Part shown: piece by piece, positions 1-8,570 of the stretch
How the letters are laid out: the number at the start of each line of letters is the position of its first letter
Numbering within the stretch: position 1 is the stretch's first letter
Source: an uncultured bacterium
GTDB taxonomy: Bacteria; Cyanobacteriota; Vampirovibrionia; Gastranaerophilales; JAILCC01
Assembly: GCA_949283935.1 (NCBI GenBank)
Contig: CASDUJ010000003.1
Location: 30,920-94,919, forward strand
Length of the DNA stretch: 64,000 nt
Reading direction: 5' to 3'
Position numbers and translations under genes: made by a program
Notes under the pieces: generated by a model
The model's input: the letters and a program-made list of their open reading frames with translations, nothing else
Database searches by the model: none
Told to the model about the DNA's origin: nothing

Positions 1-708
1 GGATATTTCAGATTAGTCTCGCCTTTAGTTTTGGATCTCCTAAATGATGGTTTATCCTTTAGTCCTTTGGAAAATGGTATCAAGTTTGACTTAAACGCAG
101 ATGGAGAAAAGGAACAAATAGCTTGGACCAGAATACAAGATAAATTTGACAATGCCTTTCTTTGCATAGATAAAAATAATAACGGTAATATTGATAACGG
201 CTCAGAATTATTTGGGAATCAAAGCGATGAAAAAACGGGTTTTGAAGAACTTGCTAAATATGATAATAACGGTGATGGAAAAATAACAGAAGCAGATGAA
301 TCCTATTCCAAGTTATTACTTTGGGTAGATTTCAATAAAAATGGAAAAGTTGACTATTACAGAATAGTAGAAAAAACTATACGTTCAAATGGAACAGACA
401 CAAATACAACAAGTCATATAACATACCAAGAAAAAGAAGTATGCGAACCTAACGGAGAAAAATACCCTTCTGATTGTCAGACTGACGAATTGAAAACATT
501 AAAAGAAATGAAGATAACTGAACTATCTACCAAATATTCAACTGAAGTAGATAAAGACGGAAATATAAAAACAGATATCTATGGTAATACTACAGGCTTC
601 GTTGGTCAATTCAAGATATTAATAGAAGAAGTTATAGATGGAATTTTAACACTTGTAGAAAAAGTTCAAACTATGATAGATGTATTTTTCGTATCATTGT
701 TTAATTAA
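1..708 (+). CDS. Calcium-binding repeat protein (EF-hand/dockerin-like DxDxDG loops), C-terminal part; N-terminus outside window
   Basis: Frame 1 is open from base 1, with no start in the window. Four Asp/Asn-rich loops: DLNADGEKE, DKNNNGNIDNGSELFGN, DNNGDGKITEADE, DFNKNGKVDY. Followed by a hairpin terminator. Confidence 0.5.
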   Translation, partial: GYFRLVSPLVLDLLNDGLSFSPLENGIKFDLNADGEKEQIAWTRIQDKFDNAFLCIDKNNNGNIDNGSELFGNQSDEKTGFEELAKYDNNGDGKITEADESYSKLLLWVDFNKNGKVDYYRIVEKTIRSNGTDTNTTSHITYQEKEVCEPNGEKYPSDCQTDELKTLKEMKITELSTKYSTEVDKDGNIKTDIYGNTTGFVGQFKILIEEVIDGILTLVEKVQTMIDVFFVSLFN

Positions 709-730
709 ATACACTTAATCAAATAAAATC

Positions 731-773
731 ATACATCAAAAAAGCTGTAAATTTTACAGCTTTTTTGATGTAT
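731..773. terminator. Perfect palindromic hairpin (20-bp stem, 3-nt loop); core agctgtaa-att-ttacagct plus TTTTTT is an intrinsic terminator candidate, bidirectional
   Basis: Read directly: atacatcaaaaaagctgtaa/att/ttacagcttttttgatgtat. T-run at 762-767 after the core stem, A-run on the other side. Confidence 0.7.
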
Positions 774-798
774 GATAATAAAATGAGAGAGGTAAATT

Positions 799-2160
799 AT
801 GAAAAAACAAGAATTGCTTGAAGATGATTTAAAATACATATGGCATCCTTTTACTCAAATGAAGGAACTAGAAAATGAAGAAAACAAACCAATAATAATA
901 AAAAGGGGTAAAGGAATATACATAGAAGATATAGACGGAAACAAATACATAGATGCTGTTTCATCTTGGTGGGTAAATACTCTAGGACACTCCAACAAAG
1001 AATTAAACAAAGCAATAGCCAAACAAGCAAAAGAAATAGAACACGTAATTTTTGCAGGTTTTACGCACAAACCGGCAATACAACTCGCTAAAAGTCTTAT
1101 TAAATTAACAAATAATAATCTTAAACATGTTTTTTATTCTGATAATGGCTCAACTGCTGTAGAAGTAGCTTTAAAAATGGCTTATCAATATTGGGTTCTT
1201 AAAGGAAAATCCATCAAAAGAAAATTTATAGCACTAAAAAATTCTTACCACGGAGATACTCTTGGAGCTGTATCAGTAGGCGGAATAGACTTATATCATA
1301 AAGTTTACAAACCTCTTTTATTTGAAATTGTTCAAGCGCAAAGTCCTTATTGTTATAGATGTCCTTGTAATTGTGAAAAAGAAAGTTGTAATGAAGAATG
1401 TTTAAACTCGGTAGAAAACATTTTAAAAGAACAAAGCAAAGAAATTGCTGGAATAATAATTGAGCCATTGGTGCAAGCTGCTGGAGGAATGATTATGTAC
1501 AAAAAAGAATACATAACAAAACTTCGGGCACTTTGCGACAAATATGATATTTTGCTAATTGATGACGAAGTTGCTATGGGCTTTTATAGGACAGGAAAAT
1601 TATTTGCATATGAACATGCTAAAATTGTTCCCGACATTGTCTGCGCAGCTAAAGGGATAACGGCTGGATATATGCCACTTTCTGTAACTTTAACAACAGA
1701 TAAAATTTACAATGAATTTTATGATAACGATATAGACGGAACAAAAACTTTTTACCATGGTCACAGTTACACAGGATACCCATTAGCGTGTGCCGTTGCT
1801 AATGAAAATCTAAAAATTCTAAAAAAAATGAATATAGAAGAATATTTAAAACCAAAGATTAAGAAATTTGCTCAAGAGCTTAAAAAATTTGAAAAGCACA
1901 AAAACGTAGGTGACATAAGACAATGCGGAATGATTTGTGCAATTGAACTTGTTAAAGATAAAGCTACAAAAGAACCTTTTAGTTATGAAGATAGTATAGG
2001 AAAGAAAATTTACCAAAAAGGATTAAAGTTAGGGGCATTATTAAGACCAATGTGGAATTGCATATACTTTTTAACTCCATACATAATAACAGAAAAAGAA
2101 ATAGAAAAACTTACAAACATAGCCTACAAAGCATTAAATGAGGTTTTACCTAATGACTAG
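799..2160 (+). CDS. bioA: Adenosylmethionine-8-amino-7-oxononanoate aminotransferase
   Basis: Class-III aminotransferase signatures: YIWHPFTQM, SDNGSTAVEVALKMA, DEVAMGFYRTGKLFA, PLP-lysine context AAKGITAGYMPLS. RBS gagagg upstream. Overlaps bioD by 8 nt. Confidence 0.9.
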   Translation: MKKQELLEDDLKYIWHPFTQMKELENEENKPIIIKRGKGIYIEDIDGNKYIDAVSSWWVNTLGHSNKELNKAIAKQAKEIEHVIFAGFTHKPAIQLAKSLIKLTNNNLKHVFYSDNGSTAVEVALKMAYQYWVLKGKSIKRKFIALKNSYHGDTLGAVSVGGIDLYHKVYKPLLFEIVQAQSPYCYRCPCNCEKESCNEECLNSVENILKEQSKEIAGIIIEPLVQAAGGMIMYKKEYITKLRALCDKYDILLIDDEVAMGFYRTGKLFAYEHAKIVPDIVCAAKGITAGYMPLSVTLTTDKIYNEFYDNDIDGTKTFYHGHSYTGYPLACAVANENLKILKKMNIEEYLKPKIKKFAQELKKFEKHKNVGDIRQCGMICAIELVKDKATKEPFSYEDSIGKKIYQKGLKLGALLRPMWNCIYFLTPYIITEKEIEKLTNIAYKALNEVLPND

Positions 2161-2833
2161 TTTTTTTATTACAGGGACAGATACAGATATTGGCAAAACT
2201 TTCATAACAGGAGCTTTAGCATTAACATTTGAAGCAATGGGATATAAAACAGGTGTATATAAACCTCTTCAAAGCGGAGCCATAGAAAGTTCAACAGGAC
2301 TTTTAGCGCCTGATCTTGAAAATGTAAAAAAACTTTCTTCCAATATACAAACTAAATACAGTTATTTATTAAAAGGAGAAGTTTCTCCAGCTTTAGCAGC
2401 GAAACTTGCAAAAATAAAAATATCTATAGAAAAAATAAAAAATGACTATACAGAATTCAAAAAAAATTTAGATATAGTTTTGGTAGAAGGAGCCGGAGGA
2501 CTTTGTGCTCCAGCTGCAGACAATATACTAATGGGAGATTTAATAAAAGAATTTAATATTCCGGCAATTCTAGTAACAGGAGCATATTTAGGTTCAATAA
2601 ACCACACATTATTAAGTCTCAAATATATGGAATCAGAAAAAATTTTTACAAAAGGAATAATAATAAACAACTATCCTTCTCAAAGTGAAGATATAGCAAT
2701 ACAAAACATCCCAAATGAATTGAAAGAATTTACAGACACACAAATATTAGCAATTATAGAAAAACAAACAAATATTAAAAAAGAAAATTTAATAAAGCTT
2801 TTCAAAAATTGCGCAAATCGGCTTATACGTTAA
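2153..2833 (+). CDS. bioD: Dethiobiotin synthetase
   Basis: P-loop FITGTDTDIGKT, VEGAGGL motif, about 226 aa. Start chosen at the internal ATG (MTSFFITG) that overlaps the bioA stop; the track ORF begins at 2138. Confidence 0.85.
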   Translation: MTSFFITGTDTDIGKTFITGALALTFEAMGYKTGVYKPLQSGAIESSTGLLAPDLENVKKLSSNIQTKYSYLLKGEVSPALAAKLAKIKISIEKIKNDYTEFKKNLDIVLVEGAGGLCAPAADNILMGDLIKEFNIPAILVTGAYLGSINHTLLSLKYMESEKIFTKGIIINNYPSQSEDIAIQNIPNELKEFTDTQILAIIEKQTNIKKENLIKLFKNCANRLIR

Positions 2834-3508
2834 ACTTACCTTACCATTTTTTTCAAACTTTGATTTGTATATATTTTCAAAATTTTTGAGTTTTGATTTA
2901 GACCAAATTTCTTGTTTCAAAGCATTTACTCCAGTTAATTTTAAATGTTTTAAAACATCTTTTGGATTGTCAAACCACAAAACTTCAGGATTTAAATAAA
3001 AAACTTTTAACTCAGAAAATATTTGAGGATCTTGATAATCCAAACTTGTATTAAGAACATCTTTTATTTCCGGGAAATTATCTTTGGCAAAAATTGAAAA
3101 AGCCAAAATTCCACCTTTATTAAGCATGTTAGAAAGTTTTTCCAAAGTATTTTTTAAATTTTCAGACCACTGCAAAGCTGCATTAGAAATAATCAAGTCA
3201 AATGTTTCATTAATACAAATTTCATCAATATCACCGCAAATAAAAGTTTTTTCAGATAATATTTCATCAATAAAATTTTCACAATCTTGCACAATATCAT
3301 TCAAAAAATATTTTTTAGGTTTATATTTTGAATTAATTATTTTTGTCAAAATACCACTTCCACAGCCTATTTCCAAAATACTTGCAAATTTTTTTTCAGG
3401 CAGTAAATCTACAAGCTTTTTTGCAAGAATTTTTTGCACAACAGCATTATCATTGTATGTTTTCAAACTTTTTTGAAACCTTTTTTTAAGCAATTCTTTG
3501 TTAATCAT
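2789..3508 (-). CDS. bioC: Malonyl-ACP O-methyltransferase (class I SAM methyltransferase)
   Basis: SAM-binding motif ILEIGCGSGILT. Sits in the bio operon. Start chosen at MINKELL, whose ATG forms an ATGA overlap with the bioG stop; the track ORF extends to 3526. Confidence 0.75.
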   Translation of the reverse strand: MINKELLKKRFQKSLKTYNDNAVVQKILAKKLVDLLPEKKFASILEIGCGSGILTKIINSKYKPKKYFLNDIVQDCENFIDEILSEKTFICGDIDEICINETFDLIISNAALQWSENLKNTLEKLSNMLNKGGILAFSIFAKDNFPEIKDVLNTSLDYQDPQIFSELKVFYLNPEVLWFDNPKDVLKHLKLTGVNALKQEIWSKSKLKNFENIYKSKFEKNGKVSLTYKPICAIFEKLY

Positions 3509-4143
3509 TTTAATATTTCCATCCATGATTTAAGTTTGAAAAAGGGATAATGTCCACAATTAATTTCAATTATTTTTGTTTGCGGTCTTGTATGCCAAAA
3601 AGCAAATTGATTTTGAACAGGAATAATTTTATCTTGCAAAGGAACAAAAGCTTTATCAAAAAAAATATCCGAAGATATTTTCATATTTTTTAAAGCAACA
3701 AGTTCATCTTTTAACTCACAAGTATTTCTGTTTATAAATTTTGTTTCATCTACAGCAAACATTTTACGCAAAAATTTTCTTTTAGATAAGTCATTAAAAT
3801 TATTTAAAGTTAAATCATAAATTTTGTTTGGAATACCATATTTATCATCAATAGGGAATAAAGTTCCGGCTATAGCTATTTTGGAAACAACATTACAAAT
3901 TCTAGCCTCAAAAATAGCAGATACCATAACACCCATTGACCAAGCAGAAATATATACTTCAGGATAAGAATTAATCTGGTCAAAAATTTTTTCATCTATG
4001 CTCAAATGTCTATAATCAAAAAAGCTTAGTACATCAAAATCATTGCAGATAATATGTTGTATAGATTTTTCATCCATTCCCCAACCACTGAAAAACACTA
4101 CAAGTTTTTTATTATTATTTTTGTTTAACCAAAAATATTTCAT
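3505..4143 (-). CDS. bioG: Pimeloyl-ACP methyl ester esterase, BioG (DUF452) type
   Basis: About 212 aa alpha/beta-hydrolase-like. VVFFSGWGMD, nucleophile elbow SAWSMGV, C-terminal GHYPF. Lies between bioF and bioC; 4-nt overlap with bioF. Confidence 0.65.
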   Translation of the reverse strand: MKYFWLNKNNNKKLVVFFSGWGMDEKSIQHIICNDFDVLSFFDYRHLSIDEKIFDQINSYPEVYISAWSMGVMVSAIFEARICNVVSKIAIAGTLFPIDDKYGIPNKIYDLTLNNFNDLSKRKFLRKMFAVDETKFINRNTCELKDELVALKNMKISSDIFFDKAFVPLQDKIIPVQNQFAFWHTRPQTKIIEINCGHYPFFKLKSWMEILK

Positions 4144-5288
4144 TTTAATACCTCATTCAACAAATCTAAAGCAGGTTTTAACTCTTCAAAATTAATATTA
4201 GCAGTTAAAGATAATCTTAGTCTTGAAGTATTAGGGGGAACTGTAGGAGGTTTAATTGGCAAAACATAAAATCCATTATTTTGTAAAGCTTGTGCAATTT
4301 TATTTGTCATACTATTTTCACCTACAATAAATGGCAATATTTGTGTACATCCTTGATCTTTAATATATGAATGAACAGTAGTGGCAAGTTTTATCAAACT
4401 GGCACTTTGTTTTTTTAGCAAATCAAATTGCTCAACAAGCAAAAAATAAGTCCACATAACATTAATTGGAGCAAGAGCGGTTGAAAAGATAAATGGAGCA
4501 GATTTATTTACTAAAAAATCGATAATATCAGAATCTGCGACGCAAAATGCACCAACAGATGCAAGAGATTTCCCAAATGTAGCTGTAATTATATCTACTT
4601 CACGCAAAAGCCCCATTTTTTGGCTAATACCACACAAAGATTCACCAAATATTCCAAAAGCATGAGCTTCATCTATCATCAGCATAGCATTATATTTTTT
4701 TTTCAACTCAATTAATTTGTTGATATCAGCCACATCTCCGTCCATACTAAATATTGATTCAGAAATTATCAATATATTTTTATATTTGTGAGAATGTTTT
4801 TGCAATAATCCTTCTAAATGTTCATAGTTAAGATGTTTGTAGCGAAAAAAATCAGCTCCTGAAAGCTTTATCCCTGCAATTATACTTGCATGATTAAGTT
4901 TATCTGAAAGAATTAAAGTATTTTTTTGAGCTAAAGCACTTATTACCCCTAAATTACACTGATATCCTGTATTGTATACAAGGGTACTGTCTTTAGAAAA
5001 CAATTCTGCCAATTTTTTCTCTAATTTTGTATAAATCTCAGAAGTTCCAGTCAATAATCTTGCCGATGCAGCAGAAAAAAGAAATTCTTTGTCATATGCA
5101 TTTTTATTTAAAAATTCTCTTTGAAGTTTTTTATTTGTACTTAATCCCAAATAATCATTTGAGGATAAATTTAGTAATTTTTGATTATTAATGAAAAGAT
5201 AAGCATCTTCTTTGTAAGAAATATTACTAATTTGCCGAAAACAATTATTTTCCTTGAGGTCTTTTAATTGCGAAGAAAAATAATTCAT
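4140..5288 (-). CDS. bioF: 8-amino-7-oxononanoate synthase
   Basis: SNDYLGL, MIDEAHAFGIFG, PLP-lysine context TFGKSLASVG. 382 aa. Confidence 0.85.
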   Translation of the reverse strand: MNYFSSQLKDLKENNCFRQISNISYKEDAYLFINNQKLLNLSSNDYLGLSTNKKLQREFLNKNAYDKEFLFSAASARLLTGTSEIYTKLEKKLAELFSKDSTLVYNTGYQCNLGVISALAQKNTLILSDKLNHASIIAGIKLSGADFFRYKHLNYEHLEGLLQKHSHKYKNILIISESIFSMDGDVADINKLIELKKKYNAMLMIDEAHAFGIFGESLCGISQKMGLLREVDIITATFGKSLASVGAFCVADSDIIDFLVNKSAPFIFSTALAPINVMWTYFLLVEQFDLLKKQSASLIKLATTVHSYIKDQGCTQILPFIVGENSMTNKIAQALQNNGFYVLPIKPPTVPPNTSRLRLSLTANINFEELKPALDLLNEVLK

Positions 5289-5291
5289 ATT

Positions 5292-6206
5292 TTACCTCAA
5301 TTTTTTACCCAGTTTTGTTATGGTATGCAAATCTTCTTCAGGATCTATACCAATAGTTGTAAGATAGTTTCCTATTAATATTCCTTCAACACAGTTTTTT
5401 AGAGCAATTTCCATATTTTTTTGGGACAAACGTAATTTTCTACCACCAGCATATCTAACGATTGCTTTTGGATTAGCTATTTTAAAAATTGCAAGAGTTC
5501 GTAAAATATTATCTTCATCAATTTTATCCCAATAATTTTCAAAAGGTGTACCTTTTATAGGAGTCAAAAAATTTACAGGAATACTATCCGGTTGAATCTT
5601 TGCCAGTTCTAAAGCCATTTCAACACGTTGTTTCGGGGTTTCTCCCATCCCAATAATAACACCACAGCACAATTCTATTCCGTATTTTTTAACCAAATTA
5701 ATTGTATTAATTCTATCTTCATATGTATGAGTTGTACAAATTTTATCGTGGTAAGATTTACAAGTGTTAATATTATGATGAAAACGATTCAAACCTGCAT
5801 TTTTAAGCATTTTAGCTTGTTCTTCATTTAAAATTCCTATACTTGCACAACTTTTTAGCCCTTCTATTTTATTGATTTCTTTTATCATTTCAAGCATTGT
5901 ACCAAAATCACTTTCATCAGGTGTTTTCCCCGATGTAACAATTGCAAAACGCTTTACCTTGTTCAGTTTTGAAGCCTCAGCAGCTTTTTTTACTTCTTCT
6001 ATCGAAACAAGAGGATGAGTTGCTATATTTGTTAAATTATGTGAGCTTTGCGCACAATAACGACAATCTTGTGAACATTTGCCGGTTCTTGCACTAATTA
6101 AAGAACAAAACTCAACTTCATTAGAAGTATACTTGGCTGCCTCAGCCATTAATTTAGGTAAAGGAATATTATATAATTTAAATAATTCATCTTCTGTTTT
6201 TTTCAT
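5292..6206 (-). CDS. bioB: Biotin synthase (radical SAM)
   Basis: CSQDCRYCAQ radical-SAM cluster motif, RFHHNINT, CCGVIIGMGE. The track ORF starts at a GTG at 6260; the ATG at MKKTEDELF (6206) is more plausible. Confidence 0.9.
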   Translation of the reverse strand: MKKTEDELFKLYNIPLPKLMAEAAKYTSNEVEFCSLISARTGKCSQDCRYCAQSSHNLTNIATHPLVSIEEVKKAAEASKLNKVKRFAIVTSGKTPDESDFGTMLEMIKEINKIEGLKSCASIGILNEEQAKMLKNAGLNRFHHNINTCKSYHDKICTTHTYEDRINTINLVKKYGIELCCGVIIGMGETPKQRVEMALELAKIQPDSIPVNFLTPIKGTPFENYWDKIDEDNILRTLAIFKIANPKAIVRYAGGRKLRLSQKNMEIALKNCVEGILIGNYLTTIGIDPEEDLHTITKLGKKLR

Positions 6207-6275
6207 AAAATCATTATAAATTAAACAAAACAAACAAACTATATTCTTCCAATTAGTCACAAAACAAAAGTTTAA

Positions 6276-7223
6276 CTAATTGTCAGCATTTTGTTCTTGT
6301 TTTTTCGGCTTTTCTTCATCTTCTTCTATATCAAAAATTTCATCTCTTATTTCATGTATCATTATATCTCCAACTTTTCCTCCAATAAAATCACCAACAT
6401 AAAAACTTGCAGCTAAAGCAGGTAATTTTACTAATACAGAACGATTTTTTGTTAAAGAATTAGTTAAAGATACACAAAATGTTGGAATAAGTGCTTCAGC
6501 AACAATACCAGATGAAGTTTGTTCAACTATTTTTTGCAAATTTCTTTCTTTAGCCATATCTAAACCACTCAAAACTACAGAAGGCATTTCGAAAGGATTA
6601 GAAATAAAACCTGCAGCTTCAAAAACTTTTGTTGTGTTCATAATTATATTTCTTGTTCGCTCATTTGCAATTTTAGTTACCACTGGATTTTCTACAATTT
6701 GAGATACAGATTTTGGCAAAACTATTTTTGAAGATTTTCCTAAATTTTGCTCTTTTTGCTCCAAAATAGTTTTGTTTTCAGTATCTTTTAATTTTGCAGT
6801 ATTTTTTCTAAATAATAATTTATCTACAATTAATCCAGCAGAAATACCTGCCAATCCAGCTACTGCAGAAAGCAAAACATCTTTAGTACAATTTGAAATC
6901 ATGTCAGATAAAGCTTCTAATTTTACAGGTTTTAGTTCTTTTTTAGGAACAAATTTATTTGAAATTTTTTTAATTACTTTATTGTTTAAAATTTTGCTTG
7001 AAATTTTATGTGAAAATTTCTGCAAAGTTTCGCTGCTAAATTTATTTGCTAAAAATTTATCTGTACTAAAAACAGCTAAAGCTGCAGCTCCTAGAGCAGT
7101 TGTGTTCCTTATGAGTGTCCGAGTTTTTTGTTCTTGGGGAGCCTCAATATAATCTCTATAGGTTTTGTATGCACCTGCCCCAACTAATACACTGCCTGTT
7201 ATTAACGTTTGCCTTAATTTCAT
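6276..7223 (-). CDS. Hypothetical membrane protein with acidic C-terminal tail
   Basis: Long ORF in an operon-like array with the HPr-like gene and bioB. Several hydrophobic segments (LITGSVLVGAGAY, LGAAALAVF, LLSAVAGLAGISAGLIV). No motif recognised. Start uncertain (7223 or 7235). Confidence 0.5.
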   Translation of the reverse strand: MKLRQTLITGSVLVGAGAYKTYRDYIEAPQEQKTRTLIRNTTALGAAALAVFSTDKFLANKFSSETLQKFSHKISSKILNNKVIKKISNKFVPKKELKPVKLEALSDMISNCTKDVLLSAVAGLAGISAGLIVDKLLFRKNTAKLKDTENKTILEQKEQNLGKSSKIVLPKSVSQIVENPVVTKIANERTRNIIMNTTKVFEAAGFISNPFEMPSVVLSGLDMAKERNLQKIVEQTSSGIVAEALIPTFCVSLTNSLTKNRSVLVKLPALAASFYVGDFIGGKVGDIMIHEIRDEIFDIEEDEEKPKKQEQNADN

Positions 7224-7287
7224 ACACCACCACAAAAAACTATCAGGAATTAAAATTATAGCAATTTTAAATCATTATAAATAAATG

Positions 7288-7701
7288 TTATTTATCTTTA
7301 TAATTAATCATAAATGTTTGGGCAATTCTAGCATTTTCATCATCATCTGCAGCCTCAAAACAATCTGCTATAACATTATGAATATCTTCAGGGTAAGTCT
7401 CATTAGTTTCTAAAACAATAAATTCTCCTTTAGCCAATCCCATCATCAAAAGAGATAATATTGAACCTGTTATATTATTTTTCCCTTTGGTTTCAGAACA
7501 TACATAAACATCTTGCGGTTCTTTTGGTAACAGCGTTAATTTAACTATATTAGAAGAAGGACGAGAATGAATCCCACAAGGATTATTTATTACTAATTCG
7601 CTTTTTCTGGTTCCATTTTCGTCTACTCCAAAATGTTTTGCTCCAAAAGAGCTGTTTGTTTTCGCTATTGAATTTAAAGTATTTAAAAAATTAACTTGCA
7701 T
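7288..7701 (-). CDS. HPr-like phosphocarrier domain protein with about 30-aa N-terminal extension
   Basis: GIHSRPSS matches the HPr active-site His/Arg motif (GLHARPA). GSILSLLMMGL matches the Ser46 region. AGGAG RBS 8 nt upstream of the ATG at 7701; the track ORF begins at 7722. Confidence 0.6.
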   Translation of the reverse strand: MQVNFLNTLNSIAKTNSSFGAKHFGVDENGTRKSELVINNPCGIHSRPSSNIVKLTLLPKEPQDVYVCSETKGKNNITGSILSLLMMGLAKGEFIVLETNETYPEDIHNVIADCFEAADDDENARIAQTFMINYKDK

Positions 7702-7872
7702 TTTAATTCTCCTAGTTGCCATGCTTTTATTACTAACTATTATAAGTATGCAAAAAAATAATTTTGTTAGTTTAATTTATATTTTATAACCCCATAAAAC
7801 TATTTTTGCACCTGCAAATACACATATTTTCTAAATTATTCCGCAAACTTCAAACCTTTACGAAGAACTTTC

Positions 7873-7901
7873 AGTATAGAACACGAAAAGCATAGAGTCA
7901 A
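7873..7901 (-). promoter_or_regulatory. Near-consensus sigma-70-type promoter TTGACT-17-TATACT, about 165 nt upstream of the HPr-like start
   Basis: Minus-strand reading: TTGACT ctatgcttttcgtgttc TATACT. Lies directly after the thioredoxin-like gene terminator. Confidence 0.45.
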
Positions 7902-7911
7902 GAAAAACAAT

Positions 7912-7941
7912 AAAAAGGCGGCTTAACAAAACCACCTTTTT
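7912..7941. terminator. Hairpin aaaaaggcgg-N10-ccaccttttt (one mismatch), terminator after the thioredoxin-like gene
   Basis: 10-bp stem with one C/A mismatch, flanked by A and T runs. Lies 21 nt downstream of the stop at 7962. Confidence 0.5.
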
Positions 7942-7961
7942 ATGTTATCAAAACTTTTATT

Positions 7962-8570
7962 TTATTCAGCTGCAGCTTCAGGTTGAGGTCTTGGGGCCGG
8001 TTGAGTAACACCGCTTGAACCTTCTGTTAAGAATTTTTCAAATTGTTCCTTCATAACATTAACCGCATCACCTTGAAACATCAAACCATTTGATACATGA
8101 GCTTTATCAATAGTTTTTGGATTAACAAGATATAATGTTGGAAAACCAGTAACATTATATTGTCGCATATATTTTCTGCTTTCAGGATCATCACTGTTTA
8201 CATAAACAAAAGTATACTTCTTCTTTAAATCTCTATCTTTGGCTAATTCTGCAAAAGTAGGTGCAAATCTTTTACAAAAACCACACCAATCAGCAAAAAA
8301 CAAAACAGCAACCGGTTTTCCCTTAGCTAATGCTTTTTCTAAATCCATAGATCTTTTTGCGTATTTTTCAGAAATTTTATCTTCTGCACTTGCAGCTGGA
8401 GCTTGTCTTTGAGGTTGAACAGCTACAGGTTTCTGTTGATCAGCAGCAACTACAGCAGAACCAGTTGGAATAAAAGTTCGTGCAAAGATTGCTACAGACA
8501 GAAGCATCACTGCAACAGACATAATCAAATTAGCTAAAACAAACTTACCTAACATTTTTTCATCAAACAT
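7962..8570 (-). CDS. Membrane-anchored thioredoxin-like protein
   Basis: N-terminal TM (FVLANLIMSVAVMLLSVAIFA), P/A/Q-rich linker, Trx fold with WCGFCKRF (CxxC). AAGGAG RBS before the ATG at 8570. Overlaps the glgC stop by 8 nt. Confidence 0.7.
   Translation of the reverse strand: MFDEKMLGKFVLANLIMSVAVMLLSVAIFARTFIPTGSAVVAADQQKPVAVQPQRQAPAASAEDKISEKYAKRSMDLEKALAKGKPVAVLFFADWCGFCKRFAPTFAELAKDRDLKKKYTFVYVNSDDPESRKYMRQYNVTGFPTLYLVNPKTIDKAHVSNGLMFQGDAVNVMKEQFEKFLTEGSSGVTQPAPRPQPEAAAE

Noticed and set aside
661-708. Shared aromatic C-terminal tails (…VFFVSLFN in the 1-708 protein and …DFSLFDLF in the coiled-coil protein) as a possible sorting signal
   Set aside because: There are only two examples, with a short and loosely similar motif. 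This could easily be chance. It is noted only as something to test if a genome-wide scan is done.
855-1541. Antisense ORFs inside bioA (855-1070, 1226-1468, 1353-1541). Analogous ORFs lie opposite other long genes: 2446-2670, 3084-3476, 5628-5831, 6772-7152, 10298-10534, 10905-11231, 13322-13612, 14355-14552, 15238-15752, 16192-16920, 17055-17288.
   Set aside because: Each lies entirely within a longer ORF on the other strand that has clear family motifs. Their translations are low-complexity F/L/I/S-rich, as expected for the reverse frame of AT-rich coding DNA, and they lack RBSs.
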